Source of the DNA: Anaerolineae bacterium
GTDB taxonomy: Bacteria > Chloroflexota > Anaerolineae > Anaerolineales > Villigracilaceae
Assembly: GCA_003158885.1 (NCBI GenBank)
Contig: PMLN01000298.1
Span: 9,719 to 34,600, forward strand
DNA: 24,882 nt
Direction: 5' to 3'
Position 1 is the stretch's first letter. Every line of letters starts with the position of its first letter. The notes under the pieces are model-generated. The model ran no database searches and was not told the DNA's origin. It saw nothing but the letters and a program-made list of their open reading frames with translations. This document shows, in pieces, positions 16,349-24,882 of this stretch. The translations under genes were made by a program, and so were the position numbers.

Positions 16349-17158
16349 TTATTTGAGAAAAAAGAATCGAATCCAATACACGCCGATCACCGCGCCCCAG
16401 ATCAGCGAATCGATGCGGTCGAACGCGCCGCCGTGGCCGGGCAGGAAATTGCCCGAGTCCTTCATCGCGCCGAAGCGTTTGAAGAGACTCTCGCCCAGGT
16501 CGCCGAGCGTGGTGACCGTGCTTAATACAAATCCGAACAAAAGGCCCTGCAGGATGCTGACATGCAGCGGGCCGTAGGTTGAATAAGCGTAGGCAAAGAA
16601 GGCACCATAGAGCGTACCCATGAACACGCCCGCCCAATAGCCCTCCCATGACTTTTTGGGGCTGAGGCGGGGCGTCATGAAGTGTTTGCCATAACGCGCA
16701 CCGAAGCTGTACGCGCCGATGTCTGCCAGCCAGACGGTGGGCAAAACGAACATCACCCACCAGCTACCGTCCGGCAGGGCATGCAGGTCAATGAGGTATG
16801 AACCGACCCAGCCCAGATAAACAAAACAGCCGACCGTGACGAGAAAATCGAACGCGGCCCGCTCACGGCCGCGCTCATAAGCGATTAGATGGACGGTCAT
16901 CGCCAAAAGGATGAGGCCGGTAAAAACGGGTTCCGCCAGATCAGGCCGAAAGGCGCGCGCCGCCAAAATCACCAGCGTGCCGCCCACCGATAAATAGCTG
17001 GAGGGATGGTAATCGGCCTGGCGGAACATTTGGGCCATTTCCCAGGCGGCCAGCCCCACGAAGAAACCGATCAGGAGAAAATATAAAATGCCCCCAAAGA
17101 TGACGGCAGGCATAACAATTGCAAGCAGAACGAGCGCCGTGAGCGTACGCCTAGCCAT
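16349..17158 (-). CDS. cdsA: Phosphatidate cytidylyltransferase
   Basis: DIGAY..G, SPKKSWEG, GDLGESLFKR, KDSG..LPGHGGAFDRIDS. Confidence 0.96.
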   Translation of the reverse strand: MARRTLTALVLLAIVMPAVIFGGILYFLLIGFFVGLAAWEMAQMFRQADYHPSSYLSVGGTLVILAARAFRPDLAEPVFTGLILLAMTVHLIAYERGRERAAFDFLVTVGCFVYLGWVGSYLIDLHALPDGSWWVMFVLPTVWLADIGAYSFGARYGKHFMTPRLSPKKSWEGYWAGVFMGTLYGAFFAYAYSTYGPLHVSILQGLLFGFVLSTVTTLGDLGESLFKRFGAMKDSGNFLPGHGGAFDRIDSLIWGAVIGVYWIRFFFLK

Positions 17159-17897
17159 TGCTCTTGTTTGCTACCACATTCGAGATGCCGCCGTAACGGC
17201 GATTGCGCTGGGCATAGACTTGCAGCGCGTGACGGTATTCCTCCTTGTTGAAGTCGGGCCAAAAGGTGGGCGTGATGTACCACTCGGAATAGGCCGCCTG
17301 CCAGATCAAAAAATTGCTGACGCGCAATTCACCCGAAGTGCGGATGATCAAATCCGGATCGGGCACCCCGGCGGTGTACATGTATTGGCTGACCATTTCA
17401 TCGGTGACTTTTTCAGGTTGAACGCCATCCTTCATCATATGCTGGATGGCCTGGACGATCTCGTCGCGTCCCCCATAATTGAACGCCACGTTCAGAATGA
17501 GACGGTTGTTATTACGGGTCGCGTCAATGGCATCCAGAACCTTTTCCTGCAAGGTGGGCGCCAGGCGTTCGAGCCGCCCGATGTGACGCAATTGGACGCC
17601 TTCCTTATCCAGTTCGGCCAATTCCCGGTCAATGACATCCTCGAGGATGTGCATCAGCCCATCCACCTCTTCGGGCGGGCGTCCCCAGTTCTCGGTGGAG
17701 AAGGCATAAATCGTCAAATACTTTACGCCGAATTCGACCGAAGCGCGGATGATGCGCCGCAAATTTTCGGTGCCCGCTTTATGCCCCGCAAGACGCGGCA
17801 AGCCGCGCGAGATGGCCCAGCGCCCATTGCCATCCATAATAATGGCGACATGGCGGGGAGTTTTTTCGAGAGGCAGGTCGAGAGGTTGATCCGGCAT
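17151..17897 (-). CDS. uppS: Undecaprenyl (polyprenyl) diphosphate synthase
   Basis: HVAIIMDGNGRWA, YAFSTENWGRP, NYGGRDE, DLIIRTSGELRVSNF, RRYGG. Confidence 0.97.
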   Translation of the reverse strand: MPDQPLDLPLEKTPRHVAIIMDGNGRWAISRGLPRLAGHKAGTENLRRIIRASVEFGVKYLTIYAFSTENWGRPPEEVDGLMHILEDVIDRELAELDKEGVQLRHIGRLERLAPTLQEKVLDAIDATRNNNRLILNVAFNYGGRDEIVQAIQHMMKDGVQPEKVTDEMVSQYMYTAGVPDPDLIIRTSGELRVSNFLIWQAAYSEWYITPTFWPDFNKEEYRHALQVYAQRNRRYGGISNVVANKSNG

Positions 17898-17905
17898 TGT
17901 AGTTG

Positions 17906-17985
17906 TAGTCCAATCCGTCTAAATGGTCTCAATAGTCTACCAAGTCAGCATGAGACCATTGAGGCTGCCAAGACCGATTAGACTA
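17906..17985. repeat. Nested inverted-repeat element filling the frr-uppS gap
   Basis: Inner perfect 10-bp AATGGTCTCA/TGAGACCATT (17922-17931/17951-17960); outer 9/10 TAGTCCAATC/GATTAGACTA. Confidence 0.65.
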
Positions 17986-17986
17986 A

Positions 17987-18544
17987 TCACACTTCCATGA
18001 TCTCGGCTTCTTTTTTCTTTCCAAGCTCAGCCACTTCTTCAATAAACTTATCGGTCATTTTTTGCAAGTCTTCTTCGCCGCTCTTGAGATCATCCTCCGA
18101 GATGAGTTTCTCCTTCTCAAAGTCACGCATATCATTGTGCGAATCGCGGCGGATGTTGCGGATGGCCACGCGCGACACTTCGAGCCGCGTATGAACATGC
18201 TTGGCCAGATCATGACGGCGATCCTCGGTGAGAGGGGGCAGGTTGAGATGAATGACCTTGCCGTCGCTATTGGGATTCAAGCCCAAGTCGGAGGCTTGAA
18301 TCGCCCGTTCGATCTCCTTGAGGGCAGTCGAGTCAAAGGGCTTGATCATCAGCGAACGCGCTTCCGGCACGCTGATGGTGGCCAACTGCATCAGAGGAGT
18401 GGGAGTATCGTAATAATTGACTGCGAGTCTTTCGACCAGCGCCGGATTGGCGCGCCCCGTCCGGATGGCGGCCAGGTCATCGCTCAAGTTTTTGATCGCG
18501 CTCTGCATGCGATGTTCAGCATCTTTCAGAAGATCTTTAATCAC
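17987..18544 (-). CDS. frr: Ribosome recycling factor
   Basis: IRTGRANP, LGLNP..DG, PPLTEDRR, IRNIRRD. Confidence 0.98.
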   Translation of the reverse strand: MIKDLLKDAEHRMQSAIKNLSDDLAAIRTGRANPALVERLAVNYYDTPTPLMQLATISVPEARSLMIKPFDSTALKEIERAIQASDLGLNPNSDGKVIHLNLPPLTEDRRHDLAKHVHTRLEVSRVAIRNIRRDSHNDMRDFEKEKLISEDDLKSGEEDLQKMTDKFIEEVAELGKKKEAEIMEV

Positions 18545-18646
18545 ATCGGCCTCCGTAAACTATGTTCGGTATTAAGGATACACTAAAACGGAAAAATACG
18601 CTATGGGAAAACGCATGCGGGAGTGGATAAAATCGTGGGCTAATTT

Positions 18647-18706
18647 TTCAACACAGAGACCACAGAGAAAAATAAGAGCAAAAAGCTCTGTGCACTCCGT
18701 GGTGAA
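18647..18706. repeat. REP-like palindrome (CACAGAG...CTCTGTG type)
   Basis: CACAGAG/CTCTGTG perfect; outer arms 10/12 complementary. Confidence 0.65.
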
Positions 18707-18785
18707 TGATTCAGAAACCCACGAAATTAGCTGCTCTCACGCATTCGGGAGAGGAATTGAGCCAGCCTGAGAGACTCTCAAAGCA

Positions 18786-18822
18786 GACGGGCTTGTACAA
18801 AGCGATTTTGCACAAGCCCGTC
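18786..18822 (-). terminator. Strong hairpin downstream of pyrH
   Basis: GACGGGCTTGT/ACAAGCCCGTC perfect 11 bp plus an inner CAAA/TTTG; weak U-tract. Confidence 0.5.
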
Positions 18823-18845
18823 CAGGGAGGTACCGGATGAAAATC

Positions 18846-19631
<786 letters not shown>

Positions 19632-19635
19632 TTAA

Positions 19636-19665
19636 GAAAAAGGTCAACCTTAAAGGTTGACCTTT
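19636..19665 (-). terminator. Rho-independent terminator after tsf
   Basis: Perfect 12-bp AAAGGTCAACCT/AGGTTGACCTTT; T-run follows on the minus strand. Confidence 0.8.
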
Positions 19666-19669
19666 GATC

Positions 19670-20278
19670 CTATTCCCGATTGAGGCTTTCTCCCAACTCC
19701 CAGCGTTGGAATCGGCGAATGATCAAATTCTCGCCGGTGGCGGCAATCGTTTGGAGGAGAAGCTTCTCAACGGTAATGCTTTCGTCGCGAATATAGGGCT
19801 GGCGCAGAAGCGCCACCTCATCCTTGAATTTTTCAAGGCGGCCTTCCACGATCTTCTCGGCGATGGCATCGGGCTTACCTTCTTCCTTTGCGCGTGCGCG
19901 GGCAATCCCGGCTTCGTGTTCCAGTTCAGAAGCTGGAATCTGCTCAGCCTTGATGTATTTCGGCGCCGAAGCTGCGATCTGCAAGGCAATCTCGTGCGCC
20001 ATGGTGCGGAACTGTTCCGAGCGAGCCACAAAATCCGTTTCGCAATTCACTTCAACCATCACACCCACGCGTCCGCCGCCGTGAGAATAAAGTTCCACGA
20101 TGCCATTGGAGGCTTCGCGATCGGCGCGCTTGGCGGCGGTGGCCATGCCCTTTTCGCGCAGAAAATCCACGGCCTTTTCAAAATCGCCATTCGCTTCCTG
20201 CAGAGCCTTGCGGCAATCCAGGACGCCGGCGCCCGTCGCGGCGCGTAATTCCTTGATCATATCAACTGTAATTACCAT
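19670..20278 (-). CDS. tsf: Elongation factor Ts (short form)
   Basis: IKELRAATGAGVLDCRKAL, EVNCETDFVAR, LLRQPYIRD, IRRFQR. Confidence 0.98.
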   Translation of the reverse strand: MVITVDMIKELRAATGAGVLDCRKALQEANGDFEKAVDFLREKGMATAAKRADREASNGIVELYSHGGGRVGVMVEVNCETDFVARSEQFRTMAHEIALQIAASAPKYIKAEQIPASELEHEAGIARARAKEEGKPDAIAEKIVEGRLEKFKDEVALLRQPYIRDESITVEKLLLQTIAATGENLIIRRFQRWELGESLNRE

Positions 20279-20304
20279 GTTACTTTCCTCAATCGAACGG
20301 CGAA

Positions 20305-21258
20305 TTATTCCGCCTGCCCGGGCTCAGTAGGTTGTGCTTCTTCCTTCGGTTTATCTTCACGCGGTTTTTCTTCGACCTTCTCCGCATGAGAAGCCGGATC
20401 ATCCGGAGTGCGCGTGACGCTCAACTTGGCCAAGGTGGCCTCACCCAGAAGCGCGCCTTCCTCGACCACCTCATCGGTCTCAACCACCTTGGGAGCTTTG
20501 CGTCCCTTGGGCTTTTCCGTCCTGGACTCCGCCACAGGAGCCGGTGCGGATTCTTCCGCAGGTTCCTCGTCCTTGCGCATGGCTTTGCCTTCCAGCACGG
20601 CATCGGCAATCTTGGCCACCAGCAACTTGATGGCCCGGATGGCGTCATCGTTGGAGGGGATCACATAATCCACACCATCGGGGTTGCAGTTCGTATCCAC
20701 GAGCGCGACCACGGGGATCTTGAGCAAATTGGCTTCGTGTACGGAGGCCTCTTCGCGGCCGACATCCACTACGAAGACCAACTCCGGCAGGCGCTTCATC
20801 TTCCGGACGCCGGATAAGCGAATGAGCAGGCGATCAATCTCGCGCTGGATCAGCAGCCCTTCCTTCTTGGTCAGACGGTTGATCTCGCCGGTATCACGCA
20901 GTTGTTCGAGGCGGTCCAATTCCTGGATACGAGCATACATGGTGGACCAGTTGGTGAGCATACCGCCCAGCCAGCGTTCCGTGACGTAAGGCATGCCACA
21001 GCGATCGGCCTCTTCCTTCACCGTCTCCTGCGCCTGGCGTTTCGTGCCGACGAACAAAACGTTCCCGCCGGTGGAAGCAGTATCGCGAACCAGGTTATAG
21101 GCATGGTTCAACAACTTGACCGTCTGCTGAAGGTCAATGATATGAATGCCGTTGCGTTCCGTGAAGATATACGGCTTCATACGCGGATCCCACTTGTTGG
21201 TGCGGTGTCCGAAATGGACGCCGCTCTCAAGCAGGGCTTTCATCGAAATAACAGCCAT
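20305..21258 (-). CDS. rpsB: 30S ribosomal protein S2 with an acidic C-terminal extension
   Basis: [39 protein letters not shown]. True start MAVISM (21258) after AAGGAG; the track's start at 21396 lies in the leader. Confidence 0.98.
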   Translation of the reverse strand: MAVISMKALLESGVHFGHRTNKWDPRMKPYIFTERNGIHIIDLQQTVKLLNHAYNLVRDTASTGGNVLFVGTKRQAQETVKEEADRCGMPYVTERWLGGMLTNWSTMYARIQELDRLEQLRDTGEINRLTKKEGLLIQREIDRLLIRLSGVRKMKRLPELVFVVDVGREEASVHEANLLKIPVVALVDTNCNPDGVDYVIPSNDDAIRAIKLLVAKIADAVLEGKAMRKDEEPAEESAPAPVAESRTEKPKGRKAPKVVETDEVVEEGALLGEATLAKLSVTRTPDDPASHAEKVEEKPREDKPKEEAQPTEPGQAE

Positions 21259-21392
21259 GGTTCTCCTTATTTCCGTTCTCCAAATGCGCGATCTTTCCGG
21301 CATGGAACGGAGTGAGTTTAGCGGGAATATAGACCCGCTCAAGGACGCTTGATGCCCGTCCCGGGCAAGATGTATGGCGCTTACGCGCCACG
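21259..21392 (-). promoter_or_regulatory. Structured rpsB 5' leader (candidate S2 autoregulatory RNA)
   Basis: Long-range arms ATCTT/AAGAT, CCGG/CCGG, GACGG/CCGTT enclosing two small hairpins. Confidence 0.5.
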
Positions 21393-21398
21393 ACAAAA

Positions 21399-21407
21399 AT
21401 TATATCA
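21399..21407 (-). promoter_or_regulatory. Extended -10 promoter of rpsB-tsf
   Basis: TG-A-TATAAT. Confidence 0.65.
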
Positions 21408-21625
21408 TAAAACCCCGGCATCCATGCGAAATTCCTGCGCGTTTGCGCGTTTCGCAGCGCTTCCTTCCAAAAATTAATGCCATCCCGGACAAACGTTCCT
21501 TAAAAACTCTTAATCCATGCGCCCGGTGAAAAATCGAGAGTATAATATTCATCGGATATATAATTCCATAAAAGCCTCCCAGATATTGCCGGGAGGCTGT
21601 TTTTTGCAAACCAAACAAGGAAATC

Positions 21626-23119
21626 ATGCTTCTGACCGGCTATCTATCAGGAAGTTTATACATACTTTGCATGATCGCCATGTCGCTCTATGGATTAAAC
21701 GCAATGGCAACCGCAATCCTTTTCGTGATTGCAAAGCGACATTCCGGCAAGGAACCACCGGAGACAGAACCCAAAGAATGGCCGACAGTAACCATCCAGC
21801 TCCCGGTCCTGAATGAAAAGTCCTTAGTGGAGCGTTTATTGCAATCTGTGACGAAACTCGATTATCCACCTGACCGCCTTCAAATCCAACTGCTGGAAGA
21901 TTCAACCGATGATACGGTCCTGCTCTCGGCTCGTCTTGTGGAAGAATATCGCGCACGCGGCATCAATATCGAATGCATCTTCCGCACCGAACGAAGTGGA
22001 CATAAAGCGGGTAATTTGAAAAATGGATTGAAAACTGCCACAGGCGAATTTATCGCCATCTTCGATGCTGACTTTATTCCCTTTCCCGATTGGTTGAAAA
22101 AAACCGTGCCAAAGTTCCGGGATCCAAAACTAGGCTGCGTACAAACCCGCTGGGGACACACCAATCGCGAATATAACCTGCTGACCCGCGCCCAGGCGCT
22201 GGCCATGGATGCCCATTTCATCGTGGAAAAAACCGCCCGTGCCCATAACAATCTATTCATGAACTTCAACGGCTCGGCGGGCATCTGGCGGCGAGCCTGC
22301 ATTGAAGACGCGGGAGGCTGGCAAACCGACACATTGACCGAAGATCTCGACTTAAGTTTTCGCGCCCAGCTGCGCGGCTGGAAAATGGATTATCTCCCCA
22401 ATGTAATCGTCCCGGCTGAATTGCCGGCTTCCATGGAAGCGTTAAAAAAACAGCAATTTCGCTGGGCAAAGGGCAGTACTCAAGTCACACGAAAAACCAT
22501 AAAACACCTCTTCAGCCAGCCGAATATCCCCTGGTATAAACGCATCAGCGGTTTATTGCAACTGGCTGCTTATACGGTGCATCCTCTGATGATCCTCACG
22601 CTTTTTCTAACCCTGCCGGTCGGCCTGTTTGCGCCCCGCTTTTTCACATACTTGCCCATCTCCTTTCTGGCCACCTTCGGACCGCCCATGCTATACGCGC
22701 TCGCCGGGGCACAGGATACCCCCTCCCTGGCAGGGAGGCTTAAGATCCTGCCTGTCATTACGATCATAGGCTTAGGCTTGTCACTCAATTCCACCATCGC
22801 CATCATCGAGGTGCTGATCGGAAAAAGTGGAGCGTTCATCCGCACGCCCAAGTTAAACCTGACCGACAACTCAGACTCAAACCGGCAGATTGACCACTCC
22901 TATCTGCAACCCATCAGCCCAATGGTGTGGGGAGAAATCGGCCTGAGCCTGTACGCCTTGTTGACCATTGCGATCCTCCAGCCCCGCCTGGGATGGATCA
23001 TCGTTCCGTGGATGGGAATCTACTGGCTGGGGTATTTCTTCATTGCCGCCCTCAACCTGTACCAACGCTGGCAGGCGCGATATTCACGCTCTTCCATTGC
23101 GATCAATGAACGGGCCTAA
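21626..23119 (+). CDS. GT2 membrane glycosyltransferase (cellulose synthase-like/CslA-like)
   Basis: TIQLPVLNE, EDSTD, HKAGNL, IFDADF, FNGSAG, TEDLDLS, QQFRWAKG; N- and C-terminal TM helices. Confidence 0.92.
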   Translation: MLLTGYLSGSLYILCMIAMSLYGLNAMATAILFVIAKRHSGKEPPETEPKEWPTVTIQLPVLNEKSLVERLLQSVTKLDYPPDRLQIQLLEDSTDDTVLLSARLVEEYRARGINIECIFRTERSGHKAGNLKNGLKTATGEFIAIFDADFIPFPDWLKKTVPKFRDPKLGCVQTRWGHTNREYNLLTRAQALAMDAHFIVEKTARAHNNLFMNFNGSAGIWRRACIEDAGGWQTDTLTEDLDLSFRAQLRGWKMDYLPNVIVPAELPASMEALKKQQFRWAKGSTQVTRKTIKHLFSQPNIPWYKRISGLLQLAAYTVHPLMILTLFLTLPVGLFAPRFFTYLPISFLATFGPPMLYALAGAQDTPSLAGRLKILPVITIIGLGLSLNSTIAIIEVLIGKSGAFIRTPKLNLTDNSDSNRQIDHSYLQPISPMVWGEIGLSLYALLTIAILQPRLGWIIVPWMGIYWLGYFFIAALNLYQRWQARYSRSSIAINERA

Positions 23120-23186
23120 AAACAACACGAACCACGCCGAATTTAATCTTTCAAGCTTTTAGCCGCGAATTTCACTGATACCCACG

Positions 23187-23219
23187 AAAAAAGCCGACCT
23201 TTTGACCAGGTCGGCTTTT
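23187..23219. terminator. Bidirectional terminator between the GT2 gene and dnaA
   Basis: AAAAGCCGACCT/AGGTCGGCTTTT 12-bp stem flanked by A and T runs. Confidence 0.85.
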
Positions 23220-23322
23220 CATTTAGCTCATAGCTCATTTCAGGCAGCACTTCAAAATTTCACACCCATTCGCAGCATTCCCGCCCGAATCCTTATGTTC
23301 GGGGGTAATCAGGTTTGATCTC

Positions 23323-24666
23323 TCAAATGACCGCCGCCTGACCGTAAAGCTGCTGTTTCACATTGATGACGCGCTTGCGCAAATCGGCCTTCGTCTCAAT
23401 CTCATTGGCAATCTTTTGAATGGCGTACATGACCGTCGTATGATCGCGGCCGCCCAACACTTCACCGATCATCGGGAGGGAGGCATTCGTTTCTTTCCTC
23501 AGAAGGTACATGGCAACCTGACGGGGTTCGACTATCTTCTGCGTGCGGTCGCGTCCGAGCAAAGCTTCCACGCTGGTTTGCCACTCGCGGGCGACCAATT
23601 CGACAATTTTCTCGGGGGGGACATTCTGACGCTGAGGCAGGAGATCGGCCAGCGCCACCTCGACCAACTGCGGGGTCAAGGGGGAACCGCTTAAATCCGC
23701 AAAGGCAAGGATGCGATTCAAGGCGCCTTCCAATTCGCGGATATTGGATTCGACACGCCGGGCAACGGTCTCCAAAATCTCGTCGGGGATGAAACGGCCC
23801 ATCCGTTCCGCCTTCGCGCGCAAAATTGCAAGACGGGTCTCCAAATCGGGAGGCTGGATATCCGCCGCCAAGCCCCACTCGAAGCGCGAGCGCAGGCGTT
23901 CTTCCAGAGTCACAAGCGCCTTGGGGGGACGATCCGAAGAAACGATGATCTGTTTATCCTGACCATGAAGCGTATTAAAGGTATGAAAGAATTCTTCCTG
24001 GGTGCTTTCCTTGCCGGCAATGAACTGTATATCATCAATGAGCAGAACATCGATCGAGCGATACTTCTCACGAAACGCCTGAGTGGTATGCGTACGAATG
24101 GCGTTGATCAAATCGTTGGTGAATTCCTCCGATGAAACATATAAGACATTCAACCCGCGCATATGGCAGGCATTTCCAATGGCATGCAGCAGGTGCGTCT
24201 TTCCAAGTCCCACGCCGCCATACAGGAAAAGCGGATTATAGGCACGCGCCGGCTTCTCCGCAACCGCCATGCAAGCCGCATGTGCCAGGCGATTACTGGC
24301 GCCCACCACAAACGTTTCGAAGGTGTAACGCGGATTGATGGTGGAATTGCGTACAAGCGTTTGACCCGCCTCATCACGGATATTATGCTCGGCTCCCGTT
24401 TCCGGCGATTCGATCTTGTCCTCCCGAGTGACCGTGAAATCCACGGAGGCTTCCGAGTTGAGAATCCCAACCAGCAGGCGATCAACCGTGCCTGCCAAGC
24501 GATTCTCGAGCCAATCCCGCGCATAAGCATTTCGCACACCGACCGTTAAAATGCCGTTCTCGTACGATAACGGGCGCGTATCACGAACCCAGGTATCGAA
24601 AGAGGCCCTGGGCATTTCCATTTGTAATTGTCCTAGCACGGACTGCCATGCTTGTTCGGGGTTCAT
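23323..24666 (-). CDS. dnaA: Chromosomal replication initiator protein
   Basis: NPRYTFETFVVG, YNPLFLYGGVGLGKTHL (Walker A), LLIDDIQF, RLRSRF, NIRELEGAL, GGRDHTTV. Confidence 0.99.
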   Translation of the reverse strand: MNPEQAWQSVLGQLQMEMPRASFDTWVRDTRPLSYENGILTVGVRNAYARDWLENRLAGTVDRLLVGILNSEASVDFTVTREDKIESPETGAEHNIRDEAGQTLVRNSTINPRYTFETFVVGASNRLAHAACMAVAEKPARAYNPLFLYGGVGLGKTHLLHAIGNACHMRGLNVLYVSSEEFTNDLINAIRTHTTQAFREKYRSIDVLLIDDIQFIAGKESTQEEFFHTFNTLHGQDKQIIVSSDRPPKALVTLEERLRSRFEWGLAADIQPPDLETRLAILRAKAERMGRFIPDEILETVARRVESNIRELEGALNRILAFADLSGSPLTPQLVEVALADLLPQRQNVPPEKIVELVAREWQTSVEALLGRDRTQKIVEPRQVAMYLLRKETNASLPMIGEVLGGRDHTTVMYAIQKIANEIETKADLRKRVINVKQQLYGQAAVI

Positions 24667-24882
24667 ACTTCAATCCTCGTATCAGCAGTGAGAGTATATT
24701 GAACCAACCCGCCAAAAAGCCCGCGGCTTAGTGAGATAAATCTATGTAGTTGGCTCAAACTAACTATTAGGGACTTCCGATGTGAGACGAACTCACATCT
24801 TCTCGTTCAGCGTGAACCCATTCTAGCAGAAAAGTATTGCACATAACAACACTTTTCACCTACGCTTAGTTAAAAACATTTC

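Noticed and set aside
18622-18630. DnaA-box-like TTATCCACT (minus strand)
   Set aside because: Single box with one mismatch inside an operon gap; no cluster.
21259-21396. 46-aa N-terminal extension of RpsB in the ORF track
   Set aside because: It begins at the transcription start region; a strong SD and the canonical S2 N-terminus are at 21258.

Overview
Bacterial chromosomal window, most likely Chloroflexota class Anaerolineae (inferred from protein style and LAC/LACNFP-type lipoboxes; no search run). It is mainly housekeeping: M42 peptidase, F420-type luciferase-like oxidoreductase, acpS, an M16 peptidase pair, an FprA-like flavoprotein, dtd-trpS, the rpsB-tsf-pyrH-frr-uppS-cdsA-glpX run, a GT2 glycosyltransferase and dnaA. 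An AT-richer accessory patch (about 12.3-14.55 kb) surrounds a tRNA-Asn(GTT) gene. Points the ORF track misses or mis-calls: (1) a SelW/Rdx-family selenoprotein (C-x-x-UGA with a SECIS-like hairpin); (2) a 39-bp sigma70-type promoter duplicated 1,325 bp apart around a lipoprotein cassette next to the tRNA; (3) short palindromic DNA elements inserted in frame into two enzymes; (4) a dihydroorotate-dehydrogenase homologue that has lost its catalytic residues; (5) a small membrane-anchored protein resembling only the N-terminus of Cas4; (6) a modular repeat array upstream of the tRNA. No CRISPR array, transposase or integrase is visible. All family calls come from motif recognition by eye.
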